DNA from: Candidatus Acidiferrales bacterium
Lineage (GTDB): Bacteria > Acidobacteriota > Terriglobia > Acidiferrales > UBA7541
Assembly (NCBI GenBank): GCA_963741195.1
Contig: CAVUHF010000010.1
Coordinates: forward strand, 181,436 to 245,435
DNA length: 64,000 nt
Direction: 5' to 3'
Part shown: positions 8,212 to 16,280 of the stretch, piece after piece
Layout: each line of letters starts with the position of its first letter
Numbering within the stretch: position 1 is the first letter of the stretch
Notes under the pieces: model-generated
Told to the model about the DNA's origin: nothing
Database searches by the model: none
Seen by the model: the letters and a program-made list of their open reading frames with translations, nothing else
Made by a program: the position numbers and the translations under genes

Positions 8212-8703
8212 ATGTCGACTATGGACGGTGAAGTGAAGGCGGGTGATCGGTCGGTGCCTGGGCGAGATAAGGACCGCCTGGACTCCTGGAAGGAAATCGC
8301 GGTTTATCTGGCTCGCGAGGTACGCACTGCCCAGCGCTGGGAGAAGCGTGAAGGCTTGCCGGTGCACAGACACGTCCACGCGAGAGCAAGCTCGGTCTAC
8401 GCATTCAAGCAGGAGATTGATGTTTGGCTGCATAGCCTCAATCGGGCCGAGAACGAATTTGTTCGAAATGGGGAGTGCTCCGAGCCCGCGGCTGAATCCC
8501 TGAATACACCGCTGCTCGCAGCAGAGCAAATGCCGGCCAAGTCGCGGTTACGGTTGGAAAACGCTACTGCCGGAGTAGGGTCCCTGGACCTATTGCAAGG
8601 GGAGAATCGAATCCGGCTGTACTTCTATGTACAGCTGCGTGGGGAACGGGATACAAGTCGTTCGCTCAAGAAATCAGTAACTCGAGGCAGAGGCGTAAGC
8701 TGA
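8212..8703 (+). CDS. Stand-alone putative DNA-binding protein (RLDSWKEIA-type HTH)
   Basis: RLDSWKEIAVYLAREVRTAQRWEKREGLPVHRHVH...SVYAFKQEIDVW resembles an N-terminal domain common in Acidobacterial proteins. Confidence 0.65.
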   Translation: MSTMDGEVKAGDRSVPGRDKDRLDSWKEIAVYLAREVRTAQRWEKREGLPVHRHVHARASSVYAFKQEIDVWLHSLNRAENEFVRNGECSEPAAESLNTPLLAAEQMPAKSRLRLENATAGVGSLDLLQGENRIRLYFYVQLRGERDTSRSLKKSVTRGRGVS

Positions 8704-8866
8704 ATTTACCAAGGATCTACACCGTCAGGCTGCGAGCATGTCGGGACTGCACTGAAAAGTTCAACGGCCGCTTGGCCCGTGCTGCTTCTTGCTGAGGTAT
8801 GGGGCTCTTACTGGCTGAGGGAATTTACGCCCCTCAAACGGCGCTCGTGGAGATGAGCTCGCAATA

Positions 8867-9196
8867 GTGCGAGATGGCATTTCCCACATCGCGAGTTGTC
8901 GTTCGTTTCGTCGAATCCAACATGAGAAAGGCTTGCCGGATTCGCATTGGGGAATGGTCGAGGAATTGTACTGCGCCGATGGCGGCACCTTTCTTCTCTT
9001 GAGCAGTCACAAGACCCTGGCGGAAATCGACAAGGGCTTGCTGGAGAGCAAACAGTTGATGTCGGCCAGGGGGGAAGATGGCATGAAGAAACTGGACGAG
9101 TTCTATGCGGAATGCTGCGAAGCGGCACAACAGCAATTATTTGCTTTCAGCCATCGCCAGAGCTACGCTGTGGCAGCGGCTCTGGGCTTCCAGTAA
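8867..9196 (+). CDS. Hypothetical protein (start uncertain; possibly a fragment)
   Basis: Open frame with protein-like composition; no recognisable motif; no clear RBS. Confidence 0.3.
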   Translation: MRDGISHIASCRSFRRIQHEKGLPDSHWGMVEELYCADGGTFLLLSSHKTLAEIDKGLLESKQLMSARGEDGMKKLDEFYAECCEAAQQQLFAFSHRQSYAVAAALGFQ

Positions 9197-9612
9197 TCCG
9201 CATCGGCCTTGATCCATTCATCCTGCACGCAAAAGCTTCGCCGGAGGACCAGAGGGCGAAGCCGTAGGGATACAAAGAATGTCTCTCGCGAGCAGTGTCC
9301 AGAGCGGGAGGGGCAAGAGAGTTTGCATTCGCCCCACTCCGGTGCCATGGCTCGGACATAAAACACAACCTGGACAGTGCGCTTCCTGCAAGAAACGGAT
9401 GCAGGACGTATTGAGCTCGAGACGAAGGAGGCATCGAATTTGCTAGTCCCGCCAAAACACATCCGCCCCGCCGCAGTCCGGTTGCAACTCAGCGCCTTAG
9501 TAAGGCGCGTGTTGCACAAGTGCGTTTCAATCTCCGGAGAGCGCACCAGGACGGTCAGGAGAACCGCTTTTAGCCGCGCCCGCTCGGAAGCCGCGGTCAG
9601 CGCTATCCGAGG

Positions 9613-9641
9613 TTGACAGGGGATGGTGACGGCCTTATCGT
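9613..9641 (+). promoter_or_regulatory. sigma70 promoter for the ABC permease pair
   Basis: TTGACA(9613-9618)-17 nt-TATCGT(9636-9641), 52 nt before ATG 9694. Confidence 0.6.
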
Positions 9642-9693
9642 TCAGCGCAGCTTTGAGATTGCAGACGGAGTTTCCCGCTACGAGGCCGCCTTC

Positions 9694-10929
9694 ATGAGTC
9701 GTCGAGTCCCGCTTCGCGAACCGATCGGCGTGGCCCTGGAGACCCTGCGGGCACACAAAATGCGTTCCTTCCTTACGCTGCTTGGCATCATCCTTTCCGT
9801 TTCCACGTTAATCGTAGTGATCGCCTTGATCTCCGGCGTGAACCGCTATATCGCCGAGCGCGTCGCCAATCTCGGCTCGAACGTTTATCTACTCACAAGG
9901 TTCCCCATCATCACCGACGTTGACGAATACGTGAAGGCCAACCGGCGCAACAAAAAAGTAACCTGGGACGACTATGAATCTCTGCGCGACAATCTGAAGC
10001 TCCCCTTGCGGCTGGGCGTTGAACAGCGGACCTCCGGCAAAGTCCGCGTCGGCTCGCAGAGCGTCGACGATTCCAACATCCGTGGCGTCACTGCCAACAT
10101 GGGCGAAATTGATCCCGTCGTGCCGGCGAACGGCCGCTACATTACCGAAGGGGATGATGAGAGCCGCGCGCTGGTCACCATGATCGGCAACGACCTGGCT
10201 ACAAAGCTTTTTCCGAACGTCGATCCCATCGGCCGCGAGATTCTCATCGATGGCCGCCCGTTTGAGGTCGTCGGAATCGCCAAGCCGATCGGCTCGGTTC
10301 TCGGCCAGTCGCAGGACAATTTCGCCTACATCCCCATTCAAACGTACTTCAAGATCTACGGATCCTACGATGGCATCTGGATCAATATCCAGGCTCGGGG
10401 CGCGGAGTGGATGGAGCGCACCCAGGATGAAACGCGCGCCCTGATGCGCGCGCGGAGGCACTTGTCTCCCAATGAAAAAGACAACTTTGGTATCTTCGAC
10501 TCGGCCACGCTGATGGATCTCTGGAAAAATCTTACCGGGGTGATTGCCACGGCCATGGTGGGAGTGGTTTCCGTCTTCCTGGTGATTGGTGGCGTGGTGA
10601 TCATGAACGTGATGCTCGCTGCCGTCACGGAACGAACTCGTGAAATCGGCATCCGCAAAGCGTTGGGTGCGCGCCGTCGCGACATCCTCCTGCAATTTAT
10701 GGTGGAAGCAGCCGTCATGGCCGCCGTCGGTGGCGCCATCGGTGTTGCCATTGCTTATATTATTTCCGGTTTGACCACGGCGACCACCTCCGTTCCGATG
10801 TCCGTGCCGTTTTCTGCAGTCGTCATTGCGGAAATGATTTCTGCGGCGGTCGGTGTGTTCTTTGGTGTCTACCCCGCAAGAAAGGCCGCGGGTTTGCAGC
10901 CCATCGAAGCGCTGCGTCAGGAAGTCTAG
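9694..10929 (+). CDS. MacB/FtsX-family ABC transporter permease
   Basis: KMRSFLTLLGIILSV; GGVVIMNVMLAAVTERTREIGIRKALGARRRDILLQF; GVYPARKAA.L.PIEALR. Start taken at ATG 9694. Confidence 0.9.
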   Translation: MSRRVPLREPIGVALETLRAHKMRSFLTLLGIILSVSTLIVVIALISGVNRYIAERVANLGSNVYLLTRFPIITDVDEYVKANRRNKKVTWDDYESLRDNLKLPLRLGVEQRTSGKVRVGSQSVDDSNIRGVTANMGEIDPVVPANGRYITEGDDESRALVTMIGNDLATKLFPNVDPIGREILIDGRPFEVVGIAKPIGSVLGQSQDNFAYIPIQTYFKIYGSYDGIWINIQARGAEWMERTQDETRALMRARRHLSPNEKDNFGIFDSATLMDLWKNLTGVIATAMVGVVSVFLVIGGVVIMNVMLAAVTERTREIGIRKALGARRRDILLQFMVEAAVMAAVGGAIGVAIAYIISGLTTATTSVPMSVPFSAVVIAEMISAAVGVFFGVYPARKAAGLQPIEALRQEV

Positions 10930-10946
10930 CGAAGGGAGAGAACCGC

Positions 10947-12209
10947 ATGAGCATGCATATCAGCGAAAACGCTCAGATGGCGCTCACCACGCTGCGTGAG
11001 AATAAGATGCGTTCTTTTCTGACCGTCCTCGGCGTCGTCATCGGCATTACCGCACTGCTCAGCGTGGTCTCCATTCTGGTGGGCGTCTATAGCAATGTGA
11101 ATGATTACTTATCCGACTATGGGCCCGAAACTTTGTTCATATTTCGCTTCGATCCGGGAATTCATACGGGGCGGCTCTCACCCGAAGAACGCGACCGCAA
11201 AACTCTCAGCTTTGAAGATGCCGAGGCCATCAGGCAGTTCTGTCCGGCCGTGCGCGCCGTCACGGCAAGCCTGTACCCGCGTTTTGTCGAGGACGGGCCG
11301 CAGACAGGGCCCGTTACCGCGCGCTATCTGAGCAAGGAAGTCTCCGGCATCGACTACAACGGGACGCTTCCTTCCACGGAGGAAGTCTTCAATTCCAGAC
11401 CTCGGCGCGGACGATTTTTCAGCGACGCCGAAAACCTGCACCGCGCCGATGTCGCCTTGATTGGCTCGGATATTGCCAAGAGCTTATATCCAGATATGGA
11501 TCCGCTGGGAAAGCCCATCATGATCAATGGCGTATCCTACGAGGTCATCGGGGTCCTTGAGCCGCGCAAGGGCGGCTTCGTCAAAGATCAATCCGCCGAC
11601 AAAGCGGTGATGGTCCCGTATCGCTCCTATCACAAGCACAACCCGCAGGACGACGAGAATTTCATCGGCGCCGTTGCTTATCCCGGAAAGATGGCCGAAG
11701 CAGAAGACCAGATCCGCGCCGTGTTGCGCCGCCGCAGAGCCGTGCCGTATAACAAGCCCGACAATTTTGGTATCTCCAGCGCACAGCAGATCGCCGACCA
11801 GTTTCGCCAGATTACCGCGTCGGTCGCCTTGTTGATTTCCGTCATCAGCTCGATCGGGCTTCTTGTTGGCGGCGTTGGCGTAATGAACATCATGTTGATG
11901 TCCGTCACGCAGCGTACTCGTGAAATCGGCGTGCGCAAAGCCATCGGTGCGCGGCGCCGCGATGTCATCTGGCAATTCCTGACCGAAGCGGTTGTCCTGA
12001 CAGGCGCGGGAGGCGTAATCGGCGTACTGCTCGGTGGCGGAATCAGCCTACTGATCAACCTTTTCGTGCCGAGCCTGCCTTCCTCCATTCCTCTCTGGGC
12101 CATAATTCTGGCCGTGGCTGTTTCCATGAGCGTCGGCCTGTTCTTTGGGATGTATCCCGCGATAAAAGCGGCTCGTCTCGATCCCGTCGAAGCCTTGCGC
12201 TACGAGTAA
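10947..12209 (+). CDS. MacB/FtsX-family ABC transporter permease
   Basis: KMRSFLTVLGVVIG; GGVGVMNIMLMSVTQRTREIGVRKAIGAR; GMYPAIKAARLDPVEALRYE. Confidence 0.92.
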   Translation: MSMHISENAQMALTTLRENKMRSFLTVLGVVIGITALLSVVSILVGVYSNVNDYLSDYGPETLFIFRFDPGIHTGRLSPEERDRKTLSFEDAEAIRQFCPAVRAVTASLYPRFVEDGPQTGPVTARYLSKEVSGIDYNGTLPSTEEVFNSRPRRGRFFSDAENLHRADVALIGSDIAKSLYPDMDPLGKPIMINGVSYEVIGVLEPRKGGFVKDQSADKAVMVPYRSYHKHNPQDDENFIGAVAYPGKMAEAEDQIRAVLRRRRAVPYNKPDNFGISSAQQIADQFRQITASVALLISVISSIGLLVGGVGVMNIMLMSVTQRTREIGVRKAIGARRRDVIWQFLTEAVVLTGAGGVIGVLLGGGISLLINLFVPSLPSSIPLWAIILAVAVSMSVGLFFGMYPAIKAARLDPVEALRYE

Positions 12210-12253
12210 GCAGTCTGCGCTCGAGGAGTCGCTGGACACCTCGCCGCAAGCAG

Positions 12254-12282
12254 TGGACTTGGAGACTTTCCCTACATATGAT
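12254..12282 (+). promoter_or_regulatory. Candidate sigma70 promoter of the corrinoid/MttB operon
   Basis: TGGACT(12254-12259)-17 nt-TATGAT(12277-12282), about 170 nt upstream of ATG 12452. Confidence 0.45.
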
Positions 12283-12451
12283 TAGGGCACGCTCCCGGGC
12301 TTCTTCATTCGAGGTACACGTCGCGGCCCGCTTGTGGCAGAGACGGAATTCTCTTCCGCAATGATGTTCCATCGGAACAACTCTCAACCTGATTAGAAGA
12401 GTGTGCGCATCCGCTTTGCCTAAAATAGACCGCACGCGAGGTCGAACTCTC

Positions 12452-13102
12452 ATGCCCGACGAGCTTCTCGAATTGATGAAGCAGTCCATCCTGGAAGGCG
12501 ATCCCGATCGGGCCAGAGCACTCAGCCTGCGAGCCGTCGCAGAAGGCATGAACCCGCTGGACGCAATCAATCACGGCTTCGTTCTGGGGTTGCGCGCTGT
12601 TGGCGAGCAATTCGAACAAGGAGAAATGTTTCTTCCGGACCTGGTCCTCGCGGGCGAAGCGATGAAAGCCGCAACCACCGTTTTGGAGCCGGAAATCGAT
12701 AAGATCGGCGCGACCCGCAAGTCGCTCGGAAGGGTTGTGCTCGGCACGGTGAAAGGCGACATACACGAAATTGGAAAGACTTTGGTGGGCACGATGCTGA
12801 CCGCCAACGGCTTCCAGGTTTTCGACCTCGGCGTTGATGTGTCTGGTGAGGACTTCGCACGAAAGGCCGCGGAACTCGACGCGAACATCGTCGGACTTTC
12901 CGCGCTGTTGACCACCACCATGACTGGACAGAAAGATGTGGTCGAAGCTCTCGCGCGCCAGGGACTGCGCCCGCAAGTGAAAGTCATGATCGGCGGAGCC
13001 CCGGTCACCCAGAGCTGGGCCGATGAAATTGGCGCCGACGGCTATGGGAAAGATGCACAGGCTGCTGTGGCCCTGGCAAAAAGTCTGACGGGCAAGTGCT
13101 AA
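12452..13102 (+). CDS. Methyltransferase cognate corrinoid (B12-binding) protein, MttC/MtbC-like
   Basis: Cap domain GEMFLPDLVLAGEAM; B12 motif GDIHEIGK, SALLTTT, VMIGGAPVT. Confidence 0.92.
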   Translation: MPDELLELMKQSILEGDPDRARALSLRAVAEGMNPLDAINHGFVLGLRAVGEQFEQGEMFLPDLVLAGEAMKAATTVLEPEIDKIGATRKSLGRVVLGTVKGDIHEIGKTLVGTMLTANGFQVFDLGVDVSGEDFARKAAELDANIVGLSALLTTTMTGQKDVVEALARQGLRPQVKVMIGGAPVTQSWADEIGADGYGKDAQAAVALAKSLTGKC

Positions 13103-13120
13103 CTCTGCAAGAAAGTCGGA

Positions 13121-14581
13121 TTGGGATTACGCATGCAGCCGAGTCTTTTACTTCTTGAACCGCAATTGATCGACCGAATTCTTGGCGAGGCCTTTGCGCT
13201 GATTTCCGAGCGCGGCGTCTCCGTGCAGGCGCAGGCAGCGATCGAACTGCTCGCAGCCGGCGGCGCCCGCATTGAGAACGGCTCGGCGCACCTTCCGGAG
13301 TCGCTCGTCCGTTGCGCCCTGGAAACAGTACCCCGCGAGTTCTCGCTCTACAACCGTGCCGGCCAACCCGCCGTGAGGTATGGCGGAAATAACGTGCAGT
13401 TCGACCCCGGTTCTTCCTGTGTGCACATCCTTGACCCAGACACGCTGGAACACCGTATGACCCTGGCGCCAGATCTGGTGAGGCTCATCCAGGTTGCGGA
13501 AATGCTTCCGCAATTCGCAGCGCAGTCGACTGCCGTGGTTTGCACGGAAGTAACTAAAACCATCGGCGATCTATTCCGGCTCTTCGTCGTACTCCTCTAT
13601 TCCAACAAACCGATCGTGACCGGAGCGTTCTCACCGCACGCCGCCCCGGTGATGATTGAAATGCTCGCGATAGAGAGCGGAGGGCTCGTCGGTTCGCGAG
13701 CGAAGCCTCGCGCCATCTTCGACGTTTGTCCGTCGCCGCCGCTGCATTGGACGGAATTCGCCGCGCAGAATTTAGTTGATCTTGCGCGCGCCTGGGTTCC
13801 CGCGGAAATCATATCGATGCCAATCGCGGGCGCGGCTTCGCCAGTCACGCTTGCGGGAAGCATCGTGCAACACGCCGCGGAATGTCTCAGTGGAATCACG
13901 ATTCACCAGCTGGCGCAGCCTGGCGCCCCCGTCGTGTGGGGCGGCGCACCGTCTATTTTTGACATGCGCAGTGGCATTACGCCAATGGGCTCGATGGAAA
14001 CCTGCCTATTGAATGTCGCATCGGCGCAGGTTGCAAAATCCTTGGGCTTGCCGACACACGGCTACCTGATTGGCAGCGACGCAAAGACCGTCGATGCGCA
14101 GGCCGGTCAGGAAAGTGGAATTGCGGCGGTGATGGGCGCGCTGGGTGGAATCAATATGATTTCCGGAGCCGGTATGTTGGACTCGCTGGCCTGCCATAGT
14201 GCGGAGAAACTCGTTCTCGATGCCGAATCGATTGCCATGGCGCAACGTCTGCTTCGAGGAGTGCAAGCGGGCACAGAATCACTGGCTCTCGACATGTTCG
14301 CAAAGCTAGGCGCGCAGGGTGACTTTCTGAAATTGCCGGTAACCCGAAAGCTGTTCCGTCTGGAGCAGCACATTCCGGCAAAAGTGATTGATCGCGGCTC
14401 TCTCAACTCGTGGGAGCAATCGGGAAAGAAAGATGCATTCGCGCAAGCGAAGGAAAGGGTCAAGGAACTCGTCGCTGCATACAAGCGCCCGGAGTTGCCG
14501 CCGGACGTGGAGCAACACTTGCGGAGCATTGTTCAGGAACTAGCAACACGCGAAGACATGGAACACGTACCGGTCGTCTGA
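13121..14581 (+). CDS. MttB-superfamily amine:corrinoid methyltransferase, non-pyrrolysine
   Basis: SPPLHW, MPIAGAASPVTLAGSIVQHAAECLSG, FDMRSG, SDAKTVDAQAGQES, GAGML, EKLVLD; no in-frame amber codon. Confidence 0.9.
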   Translation: MGLRMQPSLLLLEPQLIDRILGEAFALISERGVSVQAQAAIELLAAGGARIENGSAHLPESLVRCALETVPREFSLYNRAGQPAVRYGGNNVQFDPGSSCVHILDPDTLEHRMTLAPDLVRLIQVAEMLPQFAAQSTAVVCTEVTKTIGDLFRLFVVLLYSNKPIVTGAFSPHAAPVMIEMLAIESGGLVGSRAKPRAIFDVCPSPPLHWTEFAAQNLVDLARAWVPAEIISMPIAGAASPVTLAGSIVQHAAECLSGITIHQLAQPGAPVVWGGAPSIFDMRSGITPMGSMETCLLNVASAQVAKSLGLPTHGYLIGSDAKTVDAQAGQESGIAAVMGALGGINMISGAGMLDSLACHSAEKLVLDAESIAMAQRLLRGVQAGTESLALDMFAKLGAQGDFLKLPVTRKLFRLEQHIPAKVIDRGSLNSWEQSGKKDAFAQAKERVKELVAAYKRPELPPDVEQHLRSIVQELATREDMEHVPVV

Positions 14582-14602
14582 ATTCGTAATCGTGAGAATA
14601 CT

Positions 14603-15325
14603 TTGCCAATGACCATCACTCCACTCATTCCGGGACAGACAGAGATCCGCAGGAACTGGCAATTTACGGTCACGGCGGACATGGTATTGCAAAGACAAGG
14701 AGCAAATGCCCGCAACGTCCGTCAGCGGCAGCCGCGCTTGGTCGCACTGGCGGAAAAAGCGATCGCCGAGGGGCAATCGTGGATCCGGCCTGAAGTTGCC
14801 TATCGAATTCTGAAAATTCAGGAAGTTAGACCGGCGCTCGTGATTTTGGCCAATGGGATGGAATTAAGAGGTTCCGGCGTCGCGCAAAAGCTCGCTGGAG
14901 CGGAGTTTGCGATTGCGGGCGTAGCAACGGTTGGGGCACAGATTGAACGACAAATCTTAGAGGCCACGAAGGCGGATCCCACGTATGCACTCGCCCTGGA
15001 CGGGTATGCGACGGCAGCTGTAGGTGCATTGATCATCGAGTTCAGACGATATTTTGCGGACCTTGCCGAGGGAGGGCAACTAACTACTACGACTCCTCTG
15101 TACCCTGGCACGAATGAATGGGAGCTGGCTCGAGCGCAGACCGAACTGTTCTCGCTCGTCAATGCTGCGGCCATCGGCGTGAAACTCACCGCATCGTTTC
15201 TGATGACGCCATGTAAGTCGGTCTCAATGGTAATGGGAGCAGGAGTAAAGATGCCGAGCGCGCGGGAGCCCTGCGAAGAATGCGGGGCCTCGTCAACTTG
15301 CCGTCACAAACTATCGGATCCATAA
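14603..15325 (+). CDS. Stand-alone B12-dependent methionine synthase activation (SAM-binding) domain-like protein
   Basis: ATVGAQIE, ALDGYATAAV, PG..W.L..Q..LFSL, IGVKLTASFLMTPCKSVSMVMG and a C-terminal CxxC..C. Confidence 0.78.
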   Translation: MPMTITPLIPGQTEIRRNWQFTVTADMVLQRQGANARNVRQRQPRLVALAEKAIAEGQSWIRPEVAYRILKIQEVRPALVILANGMELRGSGVAQKLAGAEFAIAGVATVGAQIERQILEATKADPTYALALDGYATAAVGALIIEFRRYFADLAEGGQLTTTTPLYPGTNEWELARAQTELFSLVNAAAIGVKLTASFLMTPCKSVSMVMGAGVKMPSAREPCEECGASSTCRHKLSDP

Positions 15326-15330
15326 AAACG

Positions 15331-16233
15331 CTAGAGATGCGGTTGAACAGCGCCCGCAACCTTTGTGCAGAAGACTGGCTGTTGCGCCAGCGCCCGAATG
15401 AACTCTGGCGTTGTGCCGCAGCAGCCGCCTAGAAACGTAGCACCGGCCTCAACCAGTTCCTGGGCCGAATCCGCGAACTCCGAAGGCGACGTCTTGTACC
15501 GCGCAAGACCATTGGCGATCTCCGGCAACCCAGCATTCGGCTTGATCCAGATCGGCAACGTGGTGACCGTAGCAAGGCGCCGGCAAACCGGAATGAAGTC
15601 GCGAATTCCCAGTCCACAGTTTGCTCCAATCCCATGAACGCCGTCACTCGTCAGAGCAGTCGCTGCCTGTTCTGGCGTGATGCCCATGATCGTCCGGTCG
15701 CGATTTTTGCCGGAGTCAAATACCAGTGAAACAATTACGGGTAGCCTCGTCTCCAGCGCCGCAGCGGCCGCAATGCGGGCTTCAGCAAGGTCGGTGATCG
15801 TCTCGATCAGCAGTGCATCGGGATCTTCTGAAGCAAGTGCGCGAGCCTGTTGCGAAAATATCTCCCTCAATTGCTCCTCGTTCACTTCTTTCGTCAGCAG
15901 CATTTTTCCGCTCGGCCCCATCGAGGCGAATACCATTGCCGAATCGCCCGCGGCTTGTCGCGAGAGTCTGACCGCGGCGCGGTTGATGGCCTCTACATGC
16001 TCCTGTAAGCCATAGGGAGACAGGCTGATGCGATTCGCACGAAACGTGTTTGTAAGAATGACGCGGCTGCCCGCCCGAACGTAGCTCTCTGCAACTTGCC
16101 TCACCAATTCAGGTTTCATCAGATTCCACTCGTCGATGCAGCTCCCGAGCGCCGCGCCCAACTTCTGAAACTCCGTCCCCCACGCTCCGTCCGTGAGCGT
16201 AACCGTTCCCCGCATGCAACCCGCGAACCGCAT
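15331..16233 (-). CDS. Homocysteine S-methyltransferase (MetH N-terminal domain) family protein
   Basis: LTDGAWGT, AGSRVILTNTF, Zn ligands in GANCG and GGCCGTTP, KPNAGLP; GAGGAGG RBS. Confidence 0.92.
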   Translation of the reverse strand: MRFAGCMRGTVTLTDGAWGTEFQKLGAALGSCIDEWNLMKPELVRQVAESYVRAGSRVILTNTFRANRISLSPYGLQEHVEAINRAAVRLSRQAAGDSAMVFASMGPSGKMLLTKEVNEEQLREIFSQQARALASEDPDALLIETITDLAEARIAAAAALETRLPVIVSLVFDSGKNRDRTIMGITPEQAATALTSDGVHGIGANCGLGIRDFIPVCRRLATVTTLPIWIKPNAGLPEIANGLARYKTSPSEFADSAQELVEAGATFLGGCCGTTPEFIRALAQQPVFCTKVAGAVQPHL

Positions 16234-16280
16234 TCCGCCGCCTCCTCGGACGCTACCGCCCTGTAAGTATATAAGGAGAA

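Noticed and set aside
12209-12452. Canonical cobalamin riboswitch upstream of the corrinoid gene
   Set aside because: No GGGAA..GGTG..AATCC or GCCCCCGCAACTGT-type B12 element is visible.
13121-14581. Pyrrolysine recoding in MttB
   Set aside because: No in-frame TAG, and no pyl genes in the window.
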